A stretch of 64,000 nucleotides of DNA from Octopus vulgaris (GCA_951406725.2 OX597825.1:58156001-58220000), one strand, 5' to 3'. Positions 1 to 13,649 are shown, counted from the first letter of the stretch. Numbers and translations are program-made. The notes: generated from the sequence alone by a model not told the origin.

Positions 1-1511
1 TATTAAAGAGGAAAGTTTATGTGCGTTCCCTCAGATCAGATGTAAGAATGTTGTACATTCTTGTAATGCATTTTATGTGTCTTGCAGTTCTTAGAGATTT
101 TTGTTTCATAATTTCGGGGAGTTCTGGGATCATTTACAGCTTATGTTGTAATAGTAAGTTTGCATTTTATACGAATTTGTAAAGCCATTAAGCCAATAGT
201 TTGGGATCTCACATCTTTTTCAGTGTAATACTGTTATCTCCTGCATCTACCTTTCCCATATTTGTTCTTTTGTAAGCTCACTGTCTTGTTTTTGTCTGTT
301 AGTCCATGAAGCACCTCATTTATGCTCCTTATCATTTGCCTAGACTTGACTCGGAAACTCATGCATTTTTCTTCTCTGAGGAGATTTCTATTTTGAATGT
401 GTTCTTTCCAGTGTGTCACTAGGATTTTTTTGGTTCATTTTTAAACATGTTATTCTCTTTGAAGAACACTGATTGTTTTCAAAGCAGTGTGTGCACGCAG
501 CTTTGGTCTGCGCGCTTTGTTTTATCTTCAGATTCGTGCGCGAAGTTTCATTTATATTTTCTCATTATCTTTCTCTACTTATACAGTTTTATATTATGAT
601 TATTGTTTATGTTTTTAAGTATCTATGTCAGATCGTAACATATTGATTTGTTTTTAGAGTTTTTTTCCACATTAGATTTTTTTTTACCACATTATTTTTT
701 TACGACGATGTATTGCTTTATTTCTAAGTTTTACCCAGTTATTTTTTTCTTTTGGCGCATAAAATAACTCGTTTAAGAGTGTGATGTTCAATTCATTTTC
801 GTTTACAATGGTCTTAAAGGCCCTATTCAATTGACAGATTGCTATATTATTCTTGTGCTGTTGCAGTTCGTAGAAAGGTCACCGCAAACATTTATGACCA
901 TACTTTGGGCTGTGATCAATTCAATGATTATTTGCTCTTCAACTTGTGTTGGATCATTTTGATATCATTGTATATTTCCGCTAAACTGTTGGTAATTTCA
1001 TTAACATATTTCTCTTGTAGTTCCTCATTGCTTTCACTTACACAAACTAACGAGCATAATTATCAGTTATAAAGACATGCCTTAATATACTTATTACGCT
1101 AAAGTCTATGTGTTCGTGGAGAATACTTACGGTTATCTGACTTGAATGAAGCAATTAAGTGTAGCAATCTATAGTATTTCTTAATAAATAGTTTAACTTA
1201 ATTACTGGTTCTTAAATGTCATTTTGGTGTACTTTTGTTAGAGACATATATTTAGAATTATTTTAGACTAAATTTAGACTAATTTAGTGGCAATAATAGC
1301 AGCAGCAGCTGCATTAGATACAACAACATAAACAATAAAAGTAATTGCATCCGCAATAACAGTAGCAAGCGCAGAAGTAATAAAAGCAATATTAGCAACA
1401 ATAGCATACAAAGCTGTATTAGATAACATAATTAGTGTAATTACATCTATAGCTAGTTACGTATTTGAAAGATACTGTTAATTAAAAGCTGTTTTCTTCA
1501 TTTTCTAACAG

Positions 1512-1680
1512 AATGCTGAATGTTATAGGAACAATTCCAGAAAATGTTTTACTGAAAGAGCAACAACTCACAGTTTTATATGACAATCTTGGCGTTGGTG
1601 TTGCCAAAGTGGAGAAGGTTTTCAATGGTCTTTTCTATGGAATTTTATATGAAACCAATGAAACTGAAGCAAAGAATGTG
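1512..1680 (+). CDS. aGPCR exon (GAIN region) MLNVIGTIPEN...EAKNV
   Basis: Acceptor ttttctaacag|A and donor GTG|gtaatt; open frame ending in phase 0. Confidence 0.8.
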
Positions 1681-2129
1681 GTAATTTTCTTTCTTGAGAT
1701 TGCTTGCTTGTTATTCAGTTGTGCTAAACATCAAAGCTAATAAAATACATTAGAATGAAATATAATACATGCATTGCTATGTAAGGTTGGTACGGAACAT
1801 GGCTTGATGAAGTTTACAATTCACGCGCGCGCACATACACACACGCGCGCGCGCGCGCAACACACATACCATAAATGTATATTCCCATCTTTATGGCTTA
1901 GGGTCGGGGGACTCAGTCCAAACTATTGCTCTTTACCACACACAATCTTTTGCTACAATCACACACGGCGCCAGGCTTCTGTCCGTTAATTTCTGTCTTT
2001 GTCGCCATCAAATCTGTTTTTCGTCCAACCAGCCGCCTCTATCGGGAATATTAGTACAGAGGTTTTATATCCTGATAACTTGGATAAACTATTGCAGTTT
2101 GTACATATTTCAGTCCGCTCCCATTTCTT

Positions 2130-2400
2130 CAAGACTAAAACGTTCACACTTTAACGTTGCCCATCTGATCTGCAGCAGCCGCCTGTAGCAGATCACCTGG
2201 TACGCCTACGGTCTGTTTGTATCATCCCCCTCACACTCCATGTGACGCAGCCATAAAACACCACGAGCCAGGCTAGGGTTTTATAAGTTACAGCATGATA
2301 CTTTTTTGGGTGCAGCTTCTTCATAAGCGCACCAGATTGATCACACCACGGGATAATCTGACATTGTTTGAGGCACATCCAGCTGATTTGCTTGAACATT
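2130..2400 (-). mobile_element. Probable RTE-type LINE fragment
   Basis: Translation YKTLAWLVVFYGCVTW resembles the RTE post-RT motif YK-x-I-x-PVL-x-YG-x-E-x-W. Confidence 0.4.
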
Positions 2401-2404
2401 TTCT

Positions 2405-3040
2405 AAACCAGGATGAGTGTTAGCGTCATCCCTTTGAGCCAGAGATAAAGAGACAATCCTTGCAGTGGAAACATGCTTCCTCACCTGCTCCAAAGAAAGC
2501 TAAAGTCATTTCATCTGTAGAGAAGGTGATTGCCTCAGGTTTGGGGATGCAAAACACAGTGTTTATTGACTATCTTGAAAAGGGCCACATCATCAATGGA
2601 ATATATGCCAACTTGCTGAGGCATTTACGAAAGGCCCTCAAAACCAAATGCATCGGAAAACTGATGAAAGGAGTGTCGCTTCATTAGCACAACACTCCAG
2701 CAAACAAGTCCTCGGTTTCAGTGGCTGCTGTACGTGTCTGCGCATTTGAACTGGTTGATCACCGTCTCTGTTCTCTTGCTTTGGCCCCATTTGGCCGTGA
2801 TCTGTTCCGCAACATGAAAAATATCTGGGTGGTAACTAGTATCGCAGTGATGATGCCGAAATGTCTGATGTTGATGACTTTTTTTCAGCAACAGAATAAA
2901 AGCTTCTTCACTAATGTGATCCAAGCACCGATGGAAGAAATGTGTGGGCCGCAAATGGGTCTATGTTGAAAAATAAACCCCATTTGGTCACATTCCATGA
3001 GAGTCTGATCAGCCTATGAACATTTCAACCTACCCTCGTA
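2405..3040 (+). mobile_element. Degenerate mariner transposase, 3' half with right TIR
   Basis: QWKHASSPAPKKAK...IDYLEKG...YANLL...ELVDH motifs with frameshifts; ends ...ccctcg-TA like a mariner TIR. Confidence 0.85.
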
Positions 3041-3509
3041 TTTTTAATGCTGTCAACCAGTATAGTGAAAAAGATGTTTGTGTCTGTGTGTAATTATGTG
3101 TGTGTATATCTGGCTATGTGTTTGTGTGCAACCAATTACAGAGTGTTGTTAAAATAAATAATAAGAACTGATTTCATTGGTTAAAAAGACTGAGGTAACA
3201 TAATTTTACAAGAAATGTTACCGTATACATGTCGCAGAGTTACTGAGAACGAGGAATTGTTTGAAACAAAAAAAAAGAGAAAACTTCTGACTACATCAAA
3301 AATTAGTCGACCAACGTAGAAATCATCAGATTGTGTGAATGACTGGCAGTAGTGGTTAATAACGGTAGTTTTAGCTATTATGTTAATTGTAATGTTTTCG
3401 CATTGTAGTGGTTATGGAAGAAGTACATGTCACGACAATAACAACAGCAACATTAGTAAATGTGTTTTGTACTTATCAATTTCAATTTTTTTTCATTTTC
3501 CTCCACCAG

Positions 3510-3668
3510 GTATATAACTCATCATATCCAGATCTAGAATTGGAAGATATAACTCTAATGGATTATATTTCATTACCAAAGAATATTTTAAACCACCTAC
3601 AAGCCAAAGAACGGTCATCCGTTTCAAGGATCTCATTTTACTCCATGCGCGATGATAAGCTGTATACG
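3510..3668 (+). CDS. aGPCR exon (GAIN) VYNSSYPD...ISLPKNIL...RISFYSMRDDKLYT
   Basis: Acceptor ctccaccag| and donor ACG|gtatgg; 53 codons; ISLP and R-I-x-F motifs typical of GAIN subdomain B. Confidence 0.88.
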
Positions 3669-4494
3669 GTATGGAAAAAAAATTTCATATTTATGTTCTT
3701 GCAGCTGACTAGAGAATACTTGAATTCAAAGCTATTTTTTTTTATAACGGAGCAAACAACACTGATAGAACACAATTGCCAATATTTATATGTATGTGTG
3801 TGTAAAGGTGTGCTTGCGAGCTTATTATAATGCGTTTAGAAATTATGAATGGCGTTTATTGTATTATTTTGTCTCAGAGAAACTTCTCTTATGCTCGCTC
3901 AGAATGATATCAGTGAATCATCAGACACCGTCGTTCCAGTCTTCTTTGGCCTCCACAGTAACGAATACGCTGATATTCTGATATGAATTCAGAATCTTTT
4001 TTTCACTAAACAAATCGGCAAAATAAACCACTCGCTGATTTATGCAGAAGTTAGATGAGCTTAAATCTAATGTTTAGAAATTCGTGTTAACCCAAGTATA
4101 TTCAAATCCTAATCAAGAATAAAACACTATTTGGCCTCTGATTTTTTTAGAATTATATACCCTTGAAAATTTACTGAGTGCTGTATATTCGTGAGTAGAA
4201 TAAAACACGTGATTTAGATTTTCTTTAAATTATATCAGTATAAATTTTATAATAATTACACATATTCCACCAGCGAATACTAGTATGTTGTGCGTAAATC
4301 GTTATGTAGACGATTGCATAAACACAAAAGCACTAGATCTTCAGAAGAAAATGGTAATTTAATCCAAAGTTATTTACCAACCTCAATTCGTTGGCAGTGC
4401 TAAATAAGAACAATACAAAGCAGTTCTTATGTAGTAGTAGTTCTTTACTAACAGTGCCAGCAATATAAGGTTTGCAATGGATTACATTACTTAT

Positions 4495-4655
4495 ATTATT
4501 TACACTATTTACATTTGACGGATATTTGTCCTCATTTTGCTTGTTGTTAACCCAACGTTTCGGCTGATATACCCTCCAGCCTTCATCAGGTGTCTTGGGG
4601 AAATTTCCAACCTGAGTTCTCATTCCTAGGGTATTTTTTCGATGTTATTATTATT
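4495..4655 (-). mobile_element. Short repeat carrying a hammerhead motif (same family as 38070-38523)
   Basis: Near-identical to 38095-38235; minus strand reads gacac-CTGATGA-a-GGCTG..CAGCC-GAAA-CGTT-gggtt (4549-4594). Confidence 0.75.
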
Positions 4656-4821
4656 AGAAGGACAGGCAAACAAAGACGGGTCTTTCGTGGCCTTCTTTCC
4701 TCAGTCAAGTCCCAGAAGTCAATGTTGAAGTACAACACTAACATTGGTTTCATACTTTAACTGCGTATTAAACTTTTCTTCTGTTGAATATATCAATTTG
4801 ATTAATGATTTCTCCTTACAG

Positions 4822-4950
4822 GTAATACAAAAATCTAGGAACGAAAGAATCTCAAAAATTAACAGTCATATTATTGCTTCAAATATCCCTAACATCCAAA
4901 TAACCAAACTTGATGAACCAGTTACCATTTCATTCAATTTAATACATAAG
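4822..4950 (+). CDS. aGPCR exon (GAIN) VIQKSRNERISKINSHIIASNIPNIQITKLDEPVTISFNLIHK
   Basis: Acceptor ccttacag| and donor AAG|gtaata; INS-x-IIA...L-x-EPV-x-I-x-F motif immediately before the GPS. Confidence 0.92.
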
Positions 4951-5025
4951 GTAATATTTACGTATCTATTATTGCTATAGTTTTTGTTAACGTTTCATTT
5001 GAAGGTCATATGAACCACAATGAAC

Positions 5026-5056
<31 letters not shown>

Positions 5057-5204
5057 AACTACTACAACCGCTCCTCAATACTTGTACAATTGAAAACCTA
5101 TTAAATTACACAGTCCTTAGGTCCTCACAACAATCAAATCTACTCAAATTACACATTCTCTCCGATTAACACAAGTTATCCATCATCACCATTATCATCC
5201 GATT

Positions 5205-5299
<95 letters not shown>
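5205..5299. repeat. (CTA)n(GTA)n self-complementary microsatellite
   Basis: A TAC run switches directly to its reverse complement at about 5250. Confidence 0.95.
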
Positions 5300-5300
<1 letters not shown>

Positions 5301-5580
5301 TATTTGTGTGTCAGTGTTTTTCCCCCACCATCGCTTGACAACCGATGTTGGTGTTTTTACTTCCCCGTAAACTAGCGGTTCGGCAAAAGGGGTTGATACA
5401 ATAAGTATTCGGCTTACAAAGAATAAGTCCTGGGATCGATTTGTTCGACTAAAGGCGGTGCTCCAGCATGGCTGCAGTTAAATTACCGAAGCAAGTAAAA
5501 GAATATATAATAATCACAGTTACGTGATTTGTGGGAACGCACACAATGATACATTAAATCTATATAGATTCCATGCAAGG

Positions 5581-5643
<63 letters not shown>

Positions 5644-6473
5644 CATTATATGGGTATAACTTGATGGAACCCCGAAAAACTGGCTCACTGGTCAGCATTG
5701 TTAGATTGCGGTCGGCATAATGGAATAGGAGTTTTATTTACATATTCAAAACCTTTTCCGTAACCAAATTGTGTGTGTGTGTGTGTGTGTGTGATGTAGA
5801 TGCAGATATGTACATGTATATTTTAATGATTCATGTTGCTGGCTGTAATCTTCAGTTAATCTTTGATCTTCAATTAATCTTGCATTACAGAGCATGGTTG
5901 TTACTATGTTGAGAGTTATAACTTATATTATTATTCTTGCAAATATTGTGTGTTGTTTGAAATATTCTTTTAATCCCAAGATACGTTTCTGATAGTTTGT
6001 GTTGTATTTTAGTGTAACCTGTCAGTTTCTTTTGTATGTTTGTATATAGCATATTTAGGTTGTAGCTGCGTATTTCCAGTGTAAAGTTTTGGTGAAGATT
6101 TCATATGGTTCCGATTGTTGTAGTTTATCTGCATGTCATTCCTGACCAAGTAAACCTATAATGAAACACATACACGTCATCAACATCTTATCATTACATA
6201 TTTCATTTAATATATCGAGAACTACACTGTCCCGTTTCTTCTTCCTTTTTTATGATGATATGTTATAAATTATGATAACATGCATAGATTTATAAACGAT
6301 AAAGAGTGGTCAGTTAAGTTATTTCACAAACCGTGATTTTAGATTCATAATGGCGATAACAACCAAACGTTGATGACCATGGTCATATGAGGAAAGCCAC
6401 ATTATAATTACATGTTTTTTAATTACAATTACAAAGTAATCTGATTCAACTATTTGAATTTTTTTTTTTTCAG

Positions 6474-6623
6474 AATGCCACCAACCCACAATGTGTTTAC
6501 TGGGATGAAACCCCTGGGCAGGATCCTCATTGGTCAACAAAAGGCTGCAATGCGTCCAATTATGTACCAGGAGAGAAAGTACTTTGTTTCTGCAACCATC
6601 TTACAAGTTTTGCACTATTAATG
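6474..6623 (+). CDS. aGPCR GPS exon NATNPQCVYWDE...HWSTKGC...CFCNHLTSFALLM
   Basis: Poly-T cag| acceptor and ATG|gttggt donor; canonical GPS motif C-x2-W...W-x3-GC...C-x-C-x-HL|TSF. Not in the ORF track. Confidence 0.97.
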
Positions 6624-7453
6624 GTTGGTAACACAAAGACAAGTTGTGAATTACCTTAATTTGGCAGTTATGCTATGCATTAATAATTTTAAAGAGTCAT
6701 ATAATAACATACCCTCAAGACTTTTGTATTAGAGAGTATCTTGGTAAATAAGAGAGGTTGACATTGTAAAAAGTCACTGCTTTGCTGTTGTTTATAGTTT
6801 TAAACTCTGAATTGTGTCTTTTACATGTCCAAAGTTACCATCCTCAATGCCATACATAAGAATTTCTCCAACATTGATGTGAAGGGGTGGAGATTGTGAG
6901 AGTGATCTCTCTTGATTCTATAATCTTCAATTATGCTGAGACCATGTGAATGGTCATGTAACTGACAAAGATGCATTTAAGGTAGTACAGATCTTCATAG
7001 CACACAAAACATGTCTGCTATTCGGGCATTAAACATTTGGTCTTTTCATGATTCTTTTACAAGATTTTTCGTCTCATGCATAGGGTTTCCCACCTGAGAG
7101 ATTCATCTCAATAATACATATGTATCCAATAACTGTCAGTTGTACAACACCTCTGCTCCCTACAACAGTAAACCATACCTCTATTTATGGTAAATATTTT
7201 AACCAATAGGAATTTTGAACACAGCAAGTAAGTTCACTCCATGACAGGTTTAGTATCTCTTGAAATCACCAGGACGGAGATTTAATTGTTAGGTCACTAA
7301 TGTTGTCTCTATCATTGTCAGTGTTAAGAACATTACTAATGGAGCATACAGTAGCTTTCACCTTATACACCAATATATACTCTCATAATGTATATAATTA
7401 TTAACTAACACAACAAAGGAAGATGAAGATGAGCTAAACTGTTTTTATTGCAG

Positions 7454-7575
7454 GACGTCTACCAAAATGAAAGAAATATAAAGAATTCTCAACTCTTATC
7501 TATTATATCAAACACCGGCTGTGGAATATCATTTGTCTTTCTCATTCTTACAGTAATAGTCCATGTTTATTTCAA
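7454..7575 (+). CDS. aGPCR exon, TM1 DVYQNE...LSIISNTGCGISFVFLILTVIVHVYF
   Basis: Acceptor ttattgcag| and donor AA|gtaagc (phase 2); GC-x-IS motif of family-2 TM1. Confidence 0.95.
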
Positions 7576-8567
7576 GTAAGCATTTCATTTTTTTATTTTC
7601 TTTGATGAACTGTTCAAATGCAGAGGGCCAGCATCCATTATTCTGTGAAATTCTCAAAAGCTGGTGAGTTGATGTGGTTGATGTCTCCAGGAAAAACATA
7701 GATGAGGAATGATTCCAGAATATTGTGAACTCTGATGAGGATTAAAAGGACAAGTATTTTACTGCTGGTTTTGTGACTCACAGTAAGAATGACATGAGAA
7801 TGAAAGAGGGGGGAGGAAGGGAGACCTATCCTGCGTGTTAAAGTAGAGTTAGTTTTAAGCTTGTGAATTCAGGAAAAATATAGACTAAAATTGTAGTGAC
7901 AGTAGTGAAATGATATTCACAAATTTGATTCCCAGCTTGTGTAATATTTCTATGTAACGACTAATTTTCCTTCGAATCCTTTATTGATAGTACTTACTTT
8001 ATTAATAGTACGTAATAGTACTTTATTAATAGTGCTAATAGTACTTACTTGATCAGAAATAAAATTATAATAATACAAAGCACTCGGAGATTTTATTAAA
8101 AAATTATATTTTATGAAGAAATCAAAATAAAGTTTATATTTGGTACTGTAGCAACGGTTCGACTAAATCATTGTTAGTGGATTTCGTGGATGGAAACTCA
8201 ATGTAAACCATTGTATATTATATCTGTGAGTATTTGCTGTCAGTGTGTATACGTGTGTTTATGTGTGTTTGTGTGTGTGCTTGTGTGTATACATGTGTGC
8301 GCATGAGTGTGTATCTCCGATTTTACATCAGGGATCACTTGTACAAAAAAGCTGTTGGTGGTGTTGTCATTTTCACCTGTCAATAAATCGTCTGGTCACT
8401 TCGTGGTTTCTTAGCTTTATGGAATAAGATCCCCTACTTGAAAAGCAGCTAAATGTTGGTGTCAGGGAGAACAAGCATCTGTAAAAAAAACTGCGTCAAA
8501 TGACATATCCAACCGATGGAAGCAGGGTAAAACGTGCGTAAGACTAACAAACATGCTCCGTGTAATG

Positions 8568-8571
<4 letters not shown>

Positions 8572-8647
<76 letters not shown>

Positions 8648-8720
8648 TGTGTGTCTATGTGTGTGTCTGTGTCCGTGTGTGTCTGTGTCTGTGTGTGTCT
8701 GTGTCTGTTTGTGTCTGTGT
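8572..8720. repeat. (GT)n microsatellite
   Basis: Seen directly in the sequence. Confidence 0.95.
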
Positions 8721-9325
8721 ATAAAACATACTGCGTATAGGCTTCTATTTAAATTTTTATTTAAATATTAGTTTCAAATTTTGGCACAAAGCTAGCAATT
8801 TCGGGGAAGGATTAGTTGATTACGTCGACCCCTTTATTTGGCTGATACTAATTTTATCGACCCTGGCAAAATTGAACACACAACGTAACGACGGGCGAAA
8901 TGCTGCTAAGCATTTTGGCCAATGCGCTAGCGATTCTATCAGCTCGCTGCCTTTTTTTCTTTATCTAAATATTAAATTTCAAACAATTAACAAGAAATCC
9001 TATCTGTATATTTCCCTACCAACAATTCCTAATTAAGTGTTCCATGTGAAGGTCGGGTTGTGTTTGTGTGTTTGTATAATATACTACTTCAGACACTTAG
9101 CCAAGAGTCTTATGCATATATTTCACTATAGATAGTTTCTAAATTGTGTCAACGTTTTGGGACGTCTGTGTATATGTGCGTATGTGCGTTTATGTGTGCA
9201 ACATACAATTCCACGCTCAATGTATCATATATAGACATCTGACATATTCCTTGACTATAAGAAATTGATATCGTAAACAGCAAAACCTATACAATGAGTA
9301 CAGATAGTATTAAATATATTTTATA

Positions 9326-10965
9326 CTAGCAGTATAGCCCGGCGTTGCTCGGGTTTGTTTTTAGTTGCGCTTAAAACGGTAGACTTTGATGTCACGTTAA
9401 CAAAGTTTTGGCATAGTTTCATTCTATGAATAAAAGTGTAGTGTGGCGATGCTCGAAAAAAAAAGCAAAAAATGTTATTTTGAAGCCAAATGGGTGGGCA
9501 ACATGAATCGTAGTTGTACCTGCAAAATGAATAAAATCGACTATTTTACATTACGTATAACTAAAAAAATCTGTAAAATCAAAACATACCTATTGATGGT
9601 TTGACTTGAACATCGTAGATAGTAACAGAATGCAGATCACACAACTGCTACGACTGCCATACCCTCAAATAAGTATCACTTAAACCGACAAAAAGAAACG
9701 CCGTTACCATTGCATCTTCTCATTCAAGTGAGAATGATGACGAGACACGGATTCAAGGCAGCGGTTATGCCTCAGTAATTACATTCCCACAGGCTGCGCT
9801 GATTAACGAAAATATTCGACATCAGAACGAAGGAAATGCAATGATTAATGCAGATATACAAGTTGCAGACAAAAATAATCGGCGTAGACTTCGTCTTCCC
9901 CGAAAAGCTACAGCTGCACGAGCTGCAAGAGATGCTGAGAACGATTAGCATGAGCTAATTTTAAGCAAGTGTTTCGAGTTCAGCCTGAACTTCATCAGAG
10001 TAATGAACGAAGCATAAACGTTACTCCAACTTTTGTTGCCCGAGATACCGAACAGAAGACCGCAGTTCCAATGATGGAGAAAATTAATCATGTACAAAAT
10101 ACCTTTATGCACAGTATTACAAGGACACTTATTTAGCGTTGGTCATTCAAAGAAGTTTCACTTATGTTCTAGAAAAGATAAGTATACTTATAATCTATTA
10201 GTATAAGTTGAACCTATTTCAATCAAACATGCGTCATGACGAGACACTGTCAATAAGCATAACTAGCCTAATAGACTGAGAGCCAGTCCTGATTTGATTA
10301 GACTTGAAGCTCCAAAATACTGGCACGGCACAATATGTGTACAAATGGTCCTAATACCATGAAACGTGATTCTTAAGTATGCTTAGGTATGGATTAATTA
10401 ATTATGAGATAATCAACTTGCGTAAATAACTAATTTAATTAGACTTTAAGATCCAGTAATGAATCACATTGAATATTACTCCTTAGACACAAGTGATACT
10501 TAAATGAAAACTTGAGAAAAAAAGCGGGTATGGAAAAAACAAATTAAGAAGTTTTAATTAGACACTTAATTAGGAATTAATTAGACTTTCTGCTCCAGCG
10601 TCAATTTATTCGCAGAATTGTTCACTAAACCAAACTGAATCTATTCATGTCACTTAAGAACCATTTTAGGTATGGATTTCTAATTTCAGAAGCATTTTCT
10701 ACTAATCACTATACACTAATTAAGGAGAAATATACAGAAACATTGTTTTCAAGCTACGGGATGAATGCAACATACAAACGTGTCTTAGACCCAGTTAACA
10801 TGAAAGAAGAAATTAAGAAACATCCCAGACATTGGAAGACAATAAGAAACCTTTTAATTAGATCGTTAATTAGGTCTTTATTAGAGTTTTTGCTCTGGTG
10901 TAAATTCCTTCTCATAAATATGCCGCACACACACACACAGACAACTTCAGTTTTATATATATAGA
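9326..10965 (-). mobile_element. Non-autonomous Helitron, 1.64 kb
   Basis: Minus strand starts TC (TCTATATATATAAAACTGAAGTTGTCTG), has subterminal hairpin CCCGAGCAACGCCGGG, ends CTAG and sits between host A and T; termini shared with 17546-17936. Confidence 0.85.
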
Positions 10966-11168
10966 TTTCATACATGCTATTTTACACAGATGCTTTAAAC
11001 AACGCCGTCTGTACACATATATTATGTACACATAAATTAAGCATAGCATTTATATCCCAAATGAACATCACATATGCATACACTCGTACTTAATATTTAT
11101 GCATTGAATGATATTTCTAAGAGATTTGTGCTTCAACAAATGAAATATTTCGGTTTTCATTATTTCAG

Positions 11169-11292
11169 GAAGCTGTGGAAATTAACGACTTCAAAGATTT
11201 TAGTAAACTTGTGCATTTCTTTGGCTGTCACTAATTGTATCTTCCTTATTGGAATGCAAGTATACATCGTGAAAATAACGGCTGTTTGTAAG
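11169..11292 (+). CDS. aGPCR exon, TM2 KLWKLTTSKILVNLCISLAVTNCIFLIG...VCK
   Basis: Acceptor tatttcag| and donor AAG|gtaagt; SKILVNLC motif. Confidence 0.95.
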
Positions 11293-11711
11293 GTAAGTGA
11301 AAACATATTTAAACCATTGCATATTTTGCTTGATGTTATACGTTATGAACAATACTTAATTACATCAAATAGTTTTTTTTTCCAATAATAGCCCACGCTG
11401 CGGCTCTGTCGGAATTAAGCTCAATAAATATTATGTATAATGTTTGCTTCGTTTGTCCTGGCTGTCTTTTATTTGCCCAATGTTCTGTTGCAAAAGATGG
11501 CATAATTTTTATGACTAAGAAATTAATGATCACTTTTTAATCCGTCGAAATGTATTTTGTATAATGTTTTCCATACCTCCGCTCACCTTTATATAAACGT
11601 CTCTCTCAGCCCATATGTCTATACTATCGTCCAGTTCAATATTTGTTGAGTTTTAATCGTATCACTTTGCGCCCATTTATCTACTAGGGCAATAATTATT
11701 ATTATTATTAT

Positions 11712-11920
11712 TCTATGTTTGACTTTTGCTTTATGTCTGTACAAGTTGGCTCCAAGTCTCACCCAGAGACCTCAAGAGACAACAGGTTGGAAGTTCACGT
11801 TGTTGTTATGCCTAGTGTGCCTTATATTTGGGGGTTTTTTTGGTGTTGTACTAGTGAATGTCTAATACATAGATTTAAAAAAAAAAGTTTGTTTTAAACC
11901 TTGGGTTATTATTATTATTA

Positions 11921-11956
<36 letters not shown>

Positions 11957-12454
11957 GAGTAGCGCATGCCATCAGAGTGACACTGGGTAATAAGTATATA
12001 CCCATTATGACTACCCGTCTGATAAGGGTACACCAGGTACAAGCATCACAACCACATGTGCGCGACATGGTGAACTTCTATCAAGATAAACAGCGCATGA
12101 CCTTGCAAGTAGGGCCCAGTTAGACTTTTCATCAGGTTGAGTAGCCCATCCTGCTCCAAAGGTTCGTGAATAAGGTTTGTTTAAGGATGATAAACGAAAC
12201 ACCTAAGTTTCCAAGGGTGAATTATTCAAACCCTAAAGAATTTCTCTCAACACATGGCTATGATGCTCCTCCATTACTTCTGCTCGTGATCAAAGATGCA
12301 CGTATAGTCAGCAACCAAGGAGCATACTCAACTGGTTAAGGTCAAACAACTGACAAGTAAAACTGTGGTACTGAGCAGAATACTTAGCCCATCTTTTATA
12401 CCAAGACCAAACAATGTACATGATAACACTTCCAATCAGTGAAGATCAGACGCC

Positions 12455-12512
<58 letters not shown>

Positions 12513-13035
12513 TCATCATCATCATCATTAATATTATCATCATCATCATCATCATTATTATTAATATCATTATTATTGTCTTTGCCCAGCTTCTAACGCT
12601 GGAGATGTACTACGGTGTCAGCTGTTCACTGCCAGTGAACTAAGGTAACACCTCTTTTTTTTTCGAGCACTTTCCGAGTATTCGAGCGGTTCTAAGCAGT
12701 GCTGTTTTCTGCAAGTGCTCCACATTTATTGCAGCCCCTATTTGTTCCATGTACATTTCAAGATTTTTACTCACTGTTCCCAGGGCTCCGACAATTATTT
12801 GTACCACTACCACCTTTTTCATCGACCACAATACTTTACCTCCCAAGCTAACCTGTCATACCTATCGACTTTTCTTTCTTCCTTGTTGTCAGCTAGGCAT
12901 GCTATATCTATGATCCAGTATAGTTTGGTTTCCTTCTCAATTAAGACTATGTCTGACTTCCTATTCTCTATCTCATGGTCGCACTGAATCATAAAATCCC
13001 ACAGGATCTTTGCATTATCATTTTCGATGATGCAC
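11712..13035 (-). mobile_element. Dong/R4-clade non-LTR retrotransposon 3' fragment(s) with restriction-like endonuclease remnant
   Basis: 12640-13037 encodes KILWDF-x-IQCDHEI..RKSDIV..IIDIAC..IIVGALG..LQKTALL (R4/Dong RLE domain); downstream segments each end in (TAA)n. Confidence 0.8.
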
Positions 13036-13131
13036 ACATTTTAAATTAATTTTTGTCAATTTTTGTGGGATTTTAGGTAAAATTATACTAATGTGTCCAT
13101 CTGTTCTAATTTAATTAACTTCTATGTCTTT

Positions 13132-13212
13132 ATGCAGCTGAAGATTGCTCTACATTTTAAACTGATTGCATTGTTCAATTAAATGGAATTGCATGAAACG
13201 ATCGTACTGCAT
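13132..13212 (+). ncRNA. Type I hammerhead ribozyme, intact core
   Basis: Stem I ATGCAG/CTGCAT, CTGAAGA, stem II, GAAA, palindromic stem III ACGATCGT, GUA cleavage triplet; second copy at 57077-57170. Confidence 0.8.
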
Positions 13213-13332
13213 TACCTCTGAATATCCTTATTGTTTATTTTGATTTTAATCACCTTGTTTTGATTTTAATCGTATGGATAATACCGTACTAAATTCTGGT
13301 GTCTCAACTTAAGCACCATATTCATATGAATC

Positions 13333-13363
<31 letters not shown>

Positions 13364-13555
13364 TAAAATAAGAAAATGGAGAAACACATTAGTTGGTTTA
13401 TCAGCTTTAGGATATTAGAATGTTGTCTTATTTAATTAACAAAACTACAACCATAATAACATACATATATACAGTATATAATTCAATACATTTAAGATAA
13501 GAATACAAGTACTTATTTAAAAAAACATTAATATAAATTGTTAGAATCATTAATA

Positions 13556-13649
13556 TCACTTACAGCTGTTTCAGCCTATGGAAAAAAGTTATTTTTTGTA
13601 CCTATACTTGTAAATTATATTGAGGTTGTAGGCAGTTAAAAATGGGGTA

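Noticed and set aside
1-480. Possible Penelope coding relic or upstream aGPCR exon
   Set aside because: No clear motifs or splice-bounded frame; cannot be supported.
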